Of a stretch of 64,000 nt of DNA, positions 21,385-31,032 are shown piece after piece. The DNA lies in contig OZ242372.1 of NCBI GenBank assembly GCA_965209035.1, forward strand, positions 1,376,001 through 1,440,000, read 5' to 3'. Origin of the DNA: Gammaproteobacteria bacterium. Lineage in GTDB: Bacteria; Pseudomonadota; Gammaproteobacteria; CBDBNL01; JAAOII01. How positions within the stretch are numbered: the first letter of the stretch is position 1; each line of letters starts with the position of its first letter. The notes under the pieces are model-generated. The model was not told the DNA's origin. It ran no database searches and saw only the letters and a program-made list of their open reading frames with translations. The translations under genes were made by a program, and so were the position numbers.

Positions 21385-21574
21385 TTTTTTTACATCCTTC
21401 AAACGGTTCAAATGCTCGCAATGTTTTCATCCCGCCCGCTGTTTTTGTCCTTGTCTTTATCTTTGCTCTTGCCTTTTCCCTTGTTCTTACCTTTGCGAAA
21501 CAAAGTTTACTGTCGGCTTGGATTTTTTCTTTGTTTAAAGGCGGGGTCAGTTTTGATGTAAAATATCGAGTACT

Positions 21575-21991
21575 ATGAACTACCATTATTTTGGTCAAAA
21601 CAGAAGTAAGACAAGAGTTTTTATCAGTTTTGATTATGATCATGATGCCTTTCTTAGAGAGGCGATTATTGAGCAAGCAAAAAACGACAGTTCTCCTTTT
21701 GAGATCGCGGATTGGTCTCTTAAAAAAGCATTACCCGGTGACTGGCAAGCAAAGGTCAGAGAGAGAATACGAAAGGTTGATGTTGTTGCGGTTATCTGCG
21801 GCTGGGATACGGATAAGGCATCCGGAGTCAGTGCCGAAGTAAGAATAGCACGAGAGGAAAAGAAACCGTACTTTTTACTAGAGGGCAAGAAAGAGGGAGG
21901 TTGTAAAAAGCCTGAGTATGCAAAATATACCGACAAAATTTATTCGTGGACCTGGGATAATCTTGAATTACTTATCGAAGGTCGGCGATAA
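21575..21991 (+). CDS. TIR-domain protein (MTH538/DUF1863, ThsB-like)
   Basis: RVFISFDYDHD, DWS, VICG and GVSAEVRIA carrying the expected catalytic Glu. Confidence 0.85.
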   Translation: MNYHYFGQNRSKTRVFISFDYDHDAFLREAIIEQAKNDSSPFEIADWSLKKALPGDWQAKVRERIRKVDVVAVICGWDTDKASGVSAEVRIAREEKKPYFLLEGKKEGGCKKPEYAKYTDKIYSWTWDNLELLIEGRR

Positions 21992-21993
21992 TC

Positions 21994-22497
21994 ATGTCCG
22001 ATAAACTATTCTCAAAAAAGAAGAAGGGTTATGGTAGTCAATATGACGAACATTTTTTTAAGCAATATAAGTTGTATCTTCAAAGTGCTGAAAAGATCAG
22101 TGACAGAAGACAGCAAGCAAATAATTATTTCATCACCATCAATGCCGCGTTGATTACTTTTTTGGGGTTGTCCTTTCGATTTAATGGTTTAGAATCTCTT
22201 GTTTGTGTGTACCTTTTATTCTGCTTATTAGGAGGTGTTATTTGTTTTATTTTTGGACATTTGATAAGATCCTATAAACAACTGAATACTGGAAAATTTC
22301 AGGTGATACATGAAATAGAACGACATTTGCCGCTCGCAATGTATGAACGCGAATGGCAGCTTTTGGGAGAAGGGAAAGATAAGAAAACTTATTTTCCGTT
22401 TTCTGATGTTGAGATTTGGGTGCCTCGGGTTTTTGGCGTATTATACGTGATTTTATTTATAGTATTTATATTTTCGGCATATCCTGTCTCACCCTGA
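21994..22497 (+). CDS. 3-TM membrane protein (resembles the family annotated as RipA/octameric membrane protein)
   Basis: QYKLY..SAEKISDRRQQANNYF-TM-TM-SYKQLNTGKFQVIHEIE..LP..EW..TM; starts 2 nt after the TIR stop. Confidence 0.7.
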   Translation: MSDKLFSKKKKGYGSQYDEHFFKQYKLYLQSAEKISDRRQQANNYFITINAALITFLGLSFRFNGLESLVCVYLLFCLLGGVICFIFGHLIRSYKQLNTGKFQVIHEIERHLPLAMYEREWQLLGEGKDKKTYFPFSDVEIWVPRVFGVLYVILFIVFIFSAYPVSP

Positions 22498-22767
22498 CAG
22501 CAACAACTGCTTCTGCTTTTGTTGACTTAGCAATGATTTGTCGGCGATGCCAAAGTTCTCAATAAAACTTTTGGCGAAGGACATGTAATTATTTTGATAG
22601 TTTCTGCTGATATGGCAGATTCAGCATATCCTGTCTCACCCTGACAGCAACAACTGCTTTTGCTTTTGTTGCCTTAGTAACGATTTGTCGGCGATGCCGA
22701 AGTTCTCAATAAAACTTTTGGCGAAGGACATGTAATTATTTTGATAGTTTCTGCTGATATGGCAGAT
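22477..22767. repeat. Tandem 144-bp duplication of the methyltransferase 3' end
   Basis: 22477-22620 vs 22624-22767, with 5 substitutions seen. Confidence 0.9.
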
Positions 22768-24186
22768 GTAGAATTCCATCTCTTTGGAGTTCAGATGTTT
22801 CGCCAAGCGGTTTAGGTCGCCGTCAAACTTGATGCAGTAGCCCGCATAAAAAGTGTACTCTTCTTTTTCCCAAACGATGAAGTTTGGTTTGAGGTTGATG
22901 GGCGAGGTTAGGATTTTCCGCTCAAACGAGGTATCCAACCCTTGCGCTCTGCCGAAGGCATACCATGCCACCGAATTGGGTTTGCCCTTGTCGCGGCTGT
23001 CCAAGTGATGTTTGATCGCCAAAAAATATTCATATGTTAACGGCAGGGTGTTTTTTAATTCATTTTCCGGGATGATGGTGTGCTTGTTATTTTCTTTGCG
23101 GTAGGGGAAAATCACATAACGATTTTGTTCTTCGTTGGGGTCTTTCAAAACGGAAGCCTTGATAATCGGCTTCAAAATGCTCTTCTCAATCTTAAAGGTT
23201 CTGCCGTCTTTTAATGTGATCTTTGCAACCTTGCCGTTAAACTCGGGGTTTTTGAAAATGTAAAAATCATCGGCAAGGGTTGTGATGCCGACATGTATTT
23301 TGGCGATACTTTTTAGCGGCATCCCTCTGTTCTCTATGCTATGTATTTTTTTGAGGGTGTCGCCGGATGTCAAAATCCAGTTGCCGCCATTAAACTTTTC
23401 CATATTGATTTTGTCAACATAATCGGTTTTTTCCGTATCGCCTTTGAATAAGGAAAAGATTTTTTGTTTGTGGTTTTTATCCAAGACGGTGATGACAGAG
23501 TAGGTGGTCGCATGTTCAAACAACTGATGGTGTCCAAAGTCAATCAAGGTTTTTAGCGAACTGCTTAGTTTGAGGAATTGCCGCAGGGGCTCGCCGGCTT
23601 TTGTTTTGAGGTAGGTGTTCGGCGTGATGTAGCCCAGTTTGCCGTTCTTGTTTAGCAAGGAGAGTCCGAGTTCAAAAAAGGCGATAAAAATATCGGTGGA
23701 GCCTTTTCTACATAGCATCCACTCGTTTTGAATTGCGGTGCGTCTGTCCCGGCCAAGGTGTTGAATTCTGATATAGGGCGGATTGCCGATAACAAAGTCA
23801 AAAGAATTGAAATAGGCACTGACAAAGGTTCTGTCCAGGCTGTCGGTTTTGATGATATTCCACTTGATGTTTCGGTTGATCCGGTGCTTTGTGGCAATTT
23901 CGTTCAGTGTGCGGATGCATTTTTTGATGGCGTCGCCGTCCGTATCAAACCCCCACACATTTTTTTCCAAAGATGTTTTCATCTGTTGCGGGCTCAGTTT
24001 TTGCCGGCGCGCGTCGGCAATCCATCTTTCCGCCACTTCGCTTAAGAATGCCCCGTCGCCGCAGGCCGGGTCAATAATCTTTTTATGACAGATGTTGTTT
24101 TTGTAATCCAAATGGTCCAAAATCAGATCAACGATCCGTTTCGGAGTGTAAACAACACCATTTAATTTTGCATTGTGCGTGTGCAT
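22636..24186 (-). CDS. N6-adenine DNA methyltransferase (Eco57I/TaqI-like), apparently orphan
   Basis: GVVYTP, DPACGDGAF and IGNPPY. ATG at 24186 chosen to avoid overlap with dctM. Confidence 0.88.
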   Translation of the reverse strand: MHTHNAKLNGVVYTPKRIVDLILDHLDYKNNICHKKIIDPACGDGAFLSEVAERWIADARRQKLSPQQMKTSLEKNVWGFDTDGDAIKKCIRTLNEIATKHRINRNIKWNIIKTDSLDRTFVSAYFNSFDFVIGNPPYIRIQHLGRDRRTAIQNEWMLCRKGSTDIFIAFFELGLSLLNKNGKLGYITPNTYLKTKAGEPLRQFLKLSSSLKTLIDFGHHQLFEHATTYSVITVLDKNHKQKIFSLFKGDTEKTDYVDKINMEKFNGGNWILTSGDTLKKIHSIENRGMPLKSIAKIHVGITTLADDFYIFKNPEFNGKVAKITLKDGRTFKIEKSILKPIIKASVLKDPNEEQNRYVIFPYRKENNKHTIIPENELKNTLPLTYEYFLAIKHHLDSRDKGKPNSVAWYAFGRAQGLDTSFERKILTSPINLKPNFIVWEKEEYTFYAGYCIKFDGDLNRLAKHLNSKEMEFYICHISRNYQNNYMSFAKSFIENFGIADKSLLRQQKQKQLLLSG

Positions 24187-24230
24187 ACCGCGATCCGGAT
24201 GAACACAAAGAGACATTCCCTCCATCCCCT

Positions 24231-25550
24231 CTACCACAACAACCGGACTGCCGCCAGGGTGACGGCCGGTGTGGCGATGAGGATGCCGGTGCGGATGATG
24301 TCGGTTAGGATGAAGGGCAGGACGCCTTTGAAGGTTTCGGATACGGGTGTTTGCGGGGTGAACGAATTGATGAGGAGGGTGTTCATCCCCATTGGCGGTG
24401 TGATGAGACCGGTTTCAACAACCATTAGGGCGAGAATGCCGAACCAGAGGGCGGTTTCCTCGGGCGACATGCCGAAATCCAAACTCATAATGGCGGGGAA
24501 GAACAGGGGCATGGTGATGAGGAGCATGGATAAACTTTCCATGATGCAGCCGAGTAGGATGTAGGCGGCAAGAATCAGGATGAGAATGATGTAGGGCGAC
24601 AGGTTGCTTTGCCCGACCCAGTCGGTCATCCAAATCGGCAGACCGCTTAGCGAAAGGAAGGCGCCGAAGAACTGGGCGCCGAGGATGATGAGATAAACCG
24701 AGGCGGTGGTTACGGCGGTTTCTTTTAGTCCTTCCAGTAAACTCCGCCAATTCATTCGTTTTAGACAGAAGGCGAGGATGGCGGCGAGGCATGCGCCGAT
24801 TGCCGCGGCTTCGGTTGGCGTGAAGATGCCGCCGTAGATGCCGCCCAGGACGATGAAGAAGATGAGCGCGATATGCCAGGCACTGCGGAGGTGGCGCAGG
24901 CGGACCTTGCCGCCGCTTTTTTCGGTTTTGGGGGCACTGCCCGGGCGCAGGCGGATGTAGACGCCAATGGTGATGAGATATGCGATGACGGAGAGCAGGG
25001 CGGGTCCGACGGCGGCGACAAACAATTTGATGAGGTTTTGTTCGGCGACTATGGAATAGACCACCAGCACGACGGACGGCGGTATGAGAATGCCGAGTGT
25101 TCCGCCGGCGGCAAGTACCCCGCCGGCGAAGGCGGGGGCATAGTTGAGGCGGCGCATTTCCGGGAGGGCGATGCGTCCGATGGTGGTGGCGGTTGCCAGC
25201 GAGGAGCCGCAGACGGCGCCGAAGCCGGCACAGGCGCAGACCGATGCCATGGCGACCCCGCCTTTGCGGTGTCCGAGCAGGCTGTTCATCAGGTTGAACA
25301 GGTCGGCACTGAGGCCGCCGCGGGCGGCAAACATACCCATCAAAAGAAAGAAGGGGATGACGGACAGGGGGTAGGACGCAAACAGATGATAGGGGTCGTT
25401 GTAAAACTTGGTGAGCATCGGCTCCCAGCCGATGAGGAGGCCGCCGCCGTAAAATCCGGTGAATAGCATCGCGATGGCAACGGGGATTCTGAGAATGATC
25501 AATCCAAAGAGGACGACGAAACCGAGTATGCCGAGTATGGGGTCGCTCAT
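24231..25550 (-). CDS. dctM: TRAP transporter large permease
   Basis: GGTLGILIPPS, GIFTPTEAAAIG and GLITPPMG; highly hydrophobic. Confidence 0.92.
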   Translation of the reverse strand: MSDPILGILGFVVLFGLIILRIPVAIAMLFTGFYGGGLLIGWEPMLTKFYNDPYHLFASYPLSVIPFFLLMGMFAARGGLSADLFNLMNSLLGHRKGGVAMASVCACAGFGAVCGSSLATATTIGRIALPEMRRLNYAPAFAGGVLAAGGTLGILIPPSVVLVVYSIVAEQNLIKLFVAAVGPALLSVIAYLITIGVYIRLRPGSAPKTEKSGGKVRLRHLRSAWHIALIFFIVLGGIYGGIFTPTEAAAIGACLAAILAFCLKRMNWRSLLEGLKETAVTTASVYLIILGAQFFGAFLSLSGLPIWMTDWVGQSNLSPYIILILILAAYILLGCIMESLSMLLITMPLFFPAIMSLDFGMSPEETALWFGILALMVVETGLITPPMGMNTLLINSFTPQTPVSETFKGVLPFILTDIIRTGILIATPAVTLAAVRLLW

Positions 25551-25914
25551 GGGGCCTGCTTTGTCATCCGTGTGGGGGTGTTTGGGTGTTCGGACAAAAA
25601 CGAGGAGCGGCTGCGGATGCAAGTTGTCTCTTGCTTCCCGCCTCGCCCGGGCATCTTGAGTATGAGTTCGCTCATGGGATCTGCTTTGTCAACCGTGTGT
25701 GGTGTTCGGGCGTTCGGACAAAAACGAGGAGCGGCTGCGGATAGGGGCTGCCTCCCGCCTCTTGCTTCCCGTCTCCCGTCTCGCCCGGGCATCTTGAGTA
25801 TGAGTTCGCTCATGGGATCTGCTTTGTCATCCGTGTTCGGGCGTTTGGGTGTTCGGACAAAAACGAGGAGCGGCTGCGGATGCAAGTTGTCTCTTGCTTC
25901 CCGCCTCGCCCGGG
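25533..25914. repeat. Three imperfect ~125-138 bp tandem copies of the dctM start and upstream region
   Basis: cgctcatggg..ctgctttgtca..gttcggacaaaaacgaggagcggctgcggat..tcgcccggg occurs three times. Confidence 0.88.
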
Positions 25915-25929
25915 TATGCCGGACAGGGT

Positions 25930-26538
25930 TCACCGGCTTTTTTGCGGGTGGCGAAGGGATGCGGCAACTTCGGCGTAGGAACTGTGAAAGCGATGGATGC
26001 CGACGAGGAGCAGTATGATCAGTGCGGGGGTGACGGCGACATGCGCCCACCAAACGGGGATGGCGAGCACGACTGTTTCTTCGCCATAGGCGCGCAGTGC
26101 CAGTCCGCCGCGCGGGATGTATAAAAAAAGCAGAAGGGCAAACACAAGAAACAGAAGGTTGCCGGCGGCATCCAGCCAGGGGCGGAATGCGGCCGGGATC
26201 ATTTCAAGGCGGACGGCGAGGTGCCCGCCGGACAAATGGGCCCATGGCAAAAAATAAAAGACGGCGATGGCACAGCCTATTTTGACGATCTCAAAATCGC
26301 CGTTAAGGGGAGCGGAGAACAGGCTTCTGCCGAGGACAGAAGTGGCGGTCAGGCAGACGAGTAGCATTAACACAAAACCCCCGATGATGGCGGCACCGCC
26401 GCTGAGTTTGCGGATGAGGGTTGTTATCGGGGTAGCAGATTTTTTTTTGAGGTTCTTTGGGAGGCTTGCAGGTCTTTTGGGTCTTTTGAGGTGAGCGTTT
26501 CGCATTTGGGTTTGTGTTTTCTTTTCTTTATGATTCAT
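25930..26538 (-). CDS. dctQ: TRAP transporter small permease
   Basis: Four TM segments; SVLGRSLF..P..GDFEIV and GGHLAV motifs; upstream of dctM. Start is uncertain. Confidence 0.8.
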   Translation of the reverse strand: MNHKEKKTQTQMRNAHLKRPKRPASLPKNLKKKSATPITTLIRKLSGGAAIIGGFVLMLLVCLTATSVLGRSLFSAPLNGDFEIVKIGCAIAVFYFLPWAHLSGGHLAVRLEMIPAAFRPWLDAAGNLLFLVFALLLFLYIPRGGLALRAYGEETVVLAIPVWWAHVAVTPALIILLLVGIHRFHSSYAEVAASLRHPQKSR

Positions 26539-27027
26539 CTTTCACTATTTGTTCTTCGTTCCTCGTTCTTTGCCCTTCGTGTTTCGTTCCTTGCTCTTGC
26601 TTTTACCTGCGTTTGTTTCCCGGTAGTTGGTCCACTATTTCGGGGCGGGTCGGGAAACAGTCCGGGGACCTTGTTGTTTCTTTGCCGGCGTTCTTTGGAA
26701 GGCATTCATTCCGGGGCGAGGCGGGAAACAGCCCGGCGACCTTGTTGTTTCTTTGTCGGCATTCTTTGGGAGGCATTCATTCCGGGTCGGGATCGGCGGC
26801 AGGGTTGGAGCTTGCATTTCCATTTTCTTTTCTTTATGATTCATCTTTCACTATTTGTTCTTCGTCTTTCGTGTCTCGTGTTTTATTCCTCTATTCCTCG
26901 CTCTCGCCTTTACCTGTGTCTGTTCTCCGGCCGCCGGTCCGCTATTTCGGGGCGGGGCGGGAAACAGCCCGGGGACCTTGTTGTTTCTTTGCCGGCATTC
27001 TTTGGAAGGCATTCATTCCGGGTCGGG
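26517..27027. repeat. Duplicated ddl-stop to dctQ-start interval with a nested triplicated ~65-bp unit
   Basis: ttttctttatgattcatctttcactatttgttcttcgt occurs twice; cgggaaacag..gaccttgttgtttcttt..ggcattcattccggg occurs three times. Confidence 0.85.
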
Positions 27028-28239
27028 GTCGGTGGCGGAGCCGGGGTCAGTTGCGGCGGCAGAGCCGGGGTTAGCGGCGGACGAGTTGCCGAGTGCGTCC
27101 CGAACGAGTTTGTCCGCCAGTTGTGGCAGCGGGATGCCTTTGAGGGCGAGGAGTTTGGGATACATACTGATAGAGGTGAAACCGGGGATGGTTTGGACTT
27201 CATTAATGAGAAGTTTTTCGTCATCGGTTAGAAAGAGGTCCAGTCGCATGATGTGTCTTCCTTCCAGCAGTTGGAACGCGCTGCGGGCAATTCTTGCTAT
27301 TTCCGCGTTCAGGTGCGGCGGGAGTTCGGCGGGAGTTTGCAGACTCACCAGGGGTTCTCCCGCCGATGTCGTTTTGTCATCCGAGTGGTACTTGGCATCA
27401 TAGTCGTAAAACCGGTGTTTGTTGCGGACAATGATCTCGCCCGCCAAAGAGACCGTGATTTCTTTGGCGGTCTGCAACACGGCACACTCCAACTCTCTGC
27501 CGTTCGTGTGTTGCTCCACCAGAACTTTTGTGTCCAAAGCGAATGCCTGTTTCAGGGACGCGGCATACTCGCCCGCCGTTTCCGCACAGCGGATGCCGAG
27601 CGAAGAGCCGAGACCCGCCGGCTTCACCCACAGCGGACTGCCGAGTTGCTTAACCGCCGTGTCGTAATCCAACTCACTCGGCGAGGAGATGGCAATATGC
27701 GGGACGACCGGTAGGCCGCCTTCTCGCAGGAGGCGTTTGGTGATGTCCTTGTCGTTGGTGACTGCCGAGCCGATGATGCCGGCGCCGACAAACGGCAGCG
27801 AGCAGCCGGTTAGCATCCCCTGGACCATACCGTCTTCACCGCGAATGCCGTGCAGGACGGGAAAGACAACATCCGGTCGCAGAATAATTCGCCCGTCGCC
27901 CGGATTGCTGTCCGACCGGACGGCATTGATGACACAGGCGGGCAGACTTTCAATGCCCGGGCTGTCGGCGGCCCCGTCTTTTCTCTTTCCGTCCCCGTCG
28001 CCGAGCGCAAAACCGCCCGCTTCGCCCGGCACAAGTGCCAGACGGCCGAGTTTTTTGGCGTCTGCGCGGATTCTATCCTGCAGCCACCAACCGCCCTGTT
28101 TGTCTATGTATAGGCAAAGGACGGCGTAGCCGGCTTCCGTCAGTGCCGCCGCAACGGACGCGGCGGAAATCAGCGAGATTTCGTGTTCCACCGATTGGCC
28201 GCCGCACAGCACGGCGACCGTTATTTTTTTTGTCGTCAT
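27013..28239 (-). CDS. ddl: D-alanine--D-alanine ligase
   Basis: GGQSVEHEISLISA, FPVLHG..GEDG, GSSLG, FYDYDAKY and NEVQTIPGFT. Confidence 0.95.
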   Translation of the reverse strand: MTTKKITVAVLCGGQSVEHEISLISAASVAAALTEAGYAVLCLYIDKQGGWWLQDRIRADAKKLGRLALVPGEAGGFALGDGDGKRKDGAADSPGIESLPACVINAVRSDSNPGDGRIILRPDVVFPVLHGIRGEDGMVQGMLTGCSLPFVGAGIIGSAVTNDKDITKRLLREGGLPVVPHIAISSPSELDYDTAVKQLGSPLWVKPAGLGSSLGIRCAETAGEYAASLKQAFALDTKVLVEQHTNGRELECAVLQTAKEITVSLAGEIIVRNKHRFYDYDAKYHSDDKTTSAGEPLVSLQTPAELPPHLNAEIARIARSAFQLLEGRHIMRLDLFLTDDEKLLINEVQTIPGFTSISMYPKLLALKGIPLPQLADKLVRDALGNSSAANPGSAAATDPGSATDPDPE

Positions 28240-28527
28240 ACCGATATGGGTTGCGCCGGCGAGGTTATCCGTGCCATGACCCGGACGGCGTTTTCGGTGG
28301 CGGGCATTTGCATTTGATGGACAACCTTAATCATTTAATCGTTTAATGATTCGGCAGGGACGGGTGCGTTCGACGGGAATTCCGGTGTGCGCATGCCGGA
28401 GATGCCTTGCTGTTTTTTTGTTACTTTTTGTTGCTTTGCCATATGCATAAGATGAGGTATTCACGGATATATTCTATGTTCTTTGTGGCGGTGACGGCGA
28501 CGATGTTGGCGTTTACGGAAACGGAAC

Positions 28528-29223
28528 TTATCGGGATTCTGTTTGCGGGGAGAGGAGTGCCATTAATCTTTTGGCATATTCGGCAACGGGCAATCGCTTG
28601 TCAATGTTGAGAATGCGATCCGCACAGGCACGGTAAACGGGGTCTCGGGTGTGCAGCATCTCCGAGATTCTTTTTTGTTTGGCAGTGCGGTCCGAGTTTG
28701 CGGGCCGGTCGGCGGTCGGGTTGGGCGATAGCATTGGGCGGGTATCATTGTCGGCGAGTCTTTCGGTCAGAAGAGCCACATCCGCATGCAGGTAAATAAC
28801 ATATCGGGGATTGCTTTGGGTCAGCAGCAATCGGTTTTGCTCGCGCATCACCAGTCCGCCGCCGCATGACAGGACGCCGTCGGGTTTTTGCAGAATGTCG
28901 ACAAGCACGGCACTTTCCAGATCGCGAAACACTGTCTCGCCGTCTTCTGCAAAAATCTTACGGATGGTCTTGCCTGCCAGTTGCTCTATTTCGGCGTCCG
29001 CTTCGTAGAACGGGACAGATAATTGGTCGGCAACGCAAGAACCGAGTTTGCTTTTGCCGCTGCCGGGCATCCCGATCAGAACAATATGGCCGCCATCCGT
29101 GCGCGGTATGGATGTGGGCGCCCGCGGCCGGAGCTCCGCCTCCGTGGATGGGGTTTGCGTGCGTTTCCGTGTCCGGGACTCCGTGGGTGTGGTTTGCGTG
29201 CGTGTGCGTTTCCGGGATTGCAT
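28528..29223 (-). CDS. aroK: Shikimate kinase
   Basis: LIGMPGSGKS, GETVFRDLE, SCGGG and RPML; low-complexity N-terminal extension. Confidence 0.9.
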   Translation of the reverse strand: MQSRKRTRTQTTPTESRTRKRTQTPSTEAELRPRAPTSIPRTDGGHIVLIGMPGSGKSKLGSCVADQLSVPFYEADAEIEQLAGKTIRKIFAEDGETVFRDLESAVLVDILQKPDGVLSCGGGLVMREQNRLLLTQSNPRYVIYLHADVALLTERLADNDTRPMLSPNPTADRPANSDRTAKQKRISEMLHTRDPVYRACADRILNIDKRLPVAEYAKRLMALLSPQTESR

Positions 29224-29293
29224 GTGCTGTCGGCCGCGGCCGCTTTCTCGGTGGTGCGGGGAAAAAGAAACTCCGGTTAGCGGTCTTGGGAGA

Positions 29294-30196
29294 TCACTCG
29301 GCGGGATTAAAATCCGCCAGTTGTTGGCGAACCTGGCCGAATGCCTTTTTTTCTATCTGCCGGACGCGTTCAGCCGAGATGTCGTACTTTGTTGCCAGTT
29401 CCTGCAGGGAAGTTTTTTGCGGCAGAAGCCATCTTTGTTTGATGATGTCGCGACTTCTCTCGTCAAGCAATCCGATACCCCGTGCCAATGCCAGATGCAG
29501 TCGCTCTTTTCGGTCGTCTATCATAGTGCGCTGTTCGGGATTATCTATGTCGTCCGGCAAGTAGTTGAGTAGGGTGGAAGAATCACCTTCTTCGTCTTCT
29601 ATTGTGGCGTCCAGGGATACATCACCGCCGGTCAGGCGCGCTTCCATTGCCCGCGTTTCCTCGGGGGTGACGCCCAGGTCCTTGGCGATGGCTTTTGCCT
29701 CGTCGTCTGTCATCCACGCCAGTCGCTTCTTGTGGCTGCGCAGATTGAAAAAGAGTTTGCGCTGGGCCTTGGTGGTGGCGATCTTGACCAGGCTCCAATT
29801 TTTGAGAATGTATTCGTGAATTTCCGCCCGTATCCAGTAAACGGCAAAGGTGATTAAACGCACCTTTCTGTTAGGGTCAAATCGCTTGACCGCTCGCATT
29901 AATCCGATGTTCCCTTCTTGGATGAGGTCCGCCAGCGGCAGGCCGTATCCTTCGTATGAGCGGGCGATATATACGACAAAGCGCAGGTTGGAGATAACCA
30001 GCGAGCGCGCCGCCATCAGGTCCTGTTTTTCGTATAGTTTGTGTGCCAGTTCTTGCTCCTTTTCCGGTGTCAGCATGTCTACTTGGCGAATTGCCCTTAA
30101 ATAGGCAGTTAAACTTTGTTGCGGACTCGCATTAATGGGTAACATACCATAGCTCTTTTTGGTGGCGGGAGTCAATGCAGCCTTTTTTGCATTCAT
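29294..30196 (-). CDS. rpoH: RNA polymerase sigma-32 factor
   Basis: DLIQEGNIGLM, RpoH box QRKLFFNLR and SAERVRQIE. Confidence 0.97.
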   Translation of the reverse strand: MNAKKAALTPATKKSYGMLPINASPQQSLTAYLRAIRQVDMLTPEKEQELAHKLYEKQDLMAARSLVISNLRFVVYIARSYEGYGLPLADLIQEGNIGLMRAVKRFDPNRKVRLITFAVYWIRAEIHEYILKNWSLVKIATTKAQRKLFFNLRSHKKRLAWMTDDEAKAIAKDLGVTPEETRAMEARLTGGDVSLDATIEDEEGDSSTLLNYLPDDIDNPEQRTMIDDRKERLHLALARGIGLLDERSRDIIKQRWLLPQKTSLQELATKYDISAERVRQIEKKAFGQVRQQLADFNPAE

Positions 30197-30352
30197 TACG
30201 ATTTATTATAGGGAACAATTTTTTTGTGTTGTTTGTTCGTTTATCCTCTTATGTATTATCTGTATCATCCCACCCGGTTTTGGAATCTGTGTATTGAGAA
30301 TGGTGCCGATGAGAGTTATTTGTGAGTTTGAGGGTGCACAATGCTAAGTTTA

Positions 30353-30513
30353 AAGCCCGAAGCCCGAAGCCCGAAACTTGAAGCCCGAAACCTGAAGCCC
30401 GAAACTTGAAGCCCGAAACCTGAAGCCTGAAACTTGAAGCCCGAAACCCGAAACCCGAAACCCGAAACCCTAAACCCGAAACTTGGAGCCCGAAACCCGA
30501 AACCCGAAACCTT
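30353..30513. repeat. Heptanucleotide tandem repeat, ~23 units (AAGCCCG/AAACCCG/AAACTTG/AAACCTG)
   Basis: 7-bp phase read directly across 161 bp. Confidence 0.92.
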
Positions 30514-30638
30514 GCCGGGATGATGCCCGTATTTTTAGATTTTTAAAAACAAGTTGCCCTTCTGTTTGCATTCATCCCCGCTGATGTGCATTTCTCTTTT
30601 GGCTGGCAATCGTTTCTCACATTTCATTCGTCATTTTT

Positions 30639-30647
30639 TGGTATAAT
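30639..30647 (+). promoter_or_regulatory. Extended -10 promoter element (TGnTATAAT) in the array leader; also at 31876-31884 and 33154-33162
   Basis: Conserved in all three leader copies, ~75 nt upstream of the ATG and followed by a GGAGGA RBS. Confidence 0.55.
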
Positions 30648-30721
30648 AATAGTATGTTTTATGTTGGTAAGACATTAATTGGAAGGATTATTTTATTAGT
30701 AATTACTTGGGAGGAATCACT

Positions 30722-30964
30722 ATGACAACATCATCTATCATTGAAATGGCAATGCATATGAGAGCGGCGACCGGCAACGCAGAGCATTCGGATGCTTTCT
30801 TGGCCGGACTGGAAAAGCGCGAAGCCGAACGCGAAGCACGACATCGTGCCGATCAAGACCGCTTCATCGCGGCGGTGCAGCGTGAGCTAACTTTGCAACG
30901 CTGGTTCTTTGTTGCCGCTGTTGCGGCAATGGGTTTGGTTGTGGCGGCTATTTCCGTGGCTTAA
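30722..30964 (+). CDS. Small coiled-coil membrane-anchored protein, array copy 1 (80 aa)
   Basis: GGAGGA RBS; conserved head and C-terminal TM; 4-aa variable stalk. Confidence 0.8.
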   Translation: MTTSSIIEMAMHMRAATGNAEHSDAFLAGLEKREAEREARHRADQDRFIAAVQRELTLQRWFFVAAVAAMGLVVAAISVA

Positions 30965-31032
30965 ACTTAAATTCCACTACTTCTTGTTTTACAAGAGGGA
31001 CTGCGGAACTTGTTCACCCGGAGATAGTTGAA

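Noticed and set aside
22477-22767. DGR template/variable repeat pair
   Set aside because: The substitutions are not adenine-specific on either strand, and there is no reverse transcriptase in the window.
25547-27403. Multiple 70-250 aa ORFs across the dctM-dctQ-ddl intergenic repeats
   Set aside because: They are low-complexity translations of repeats or antisense shadows with no motifs.
30444-30478. Plant-telomere-like AAACCCT
   Set aside because: Only one exact unit occurs, within a degenerate bacterial heptamer VNTR.
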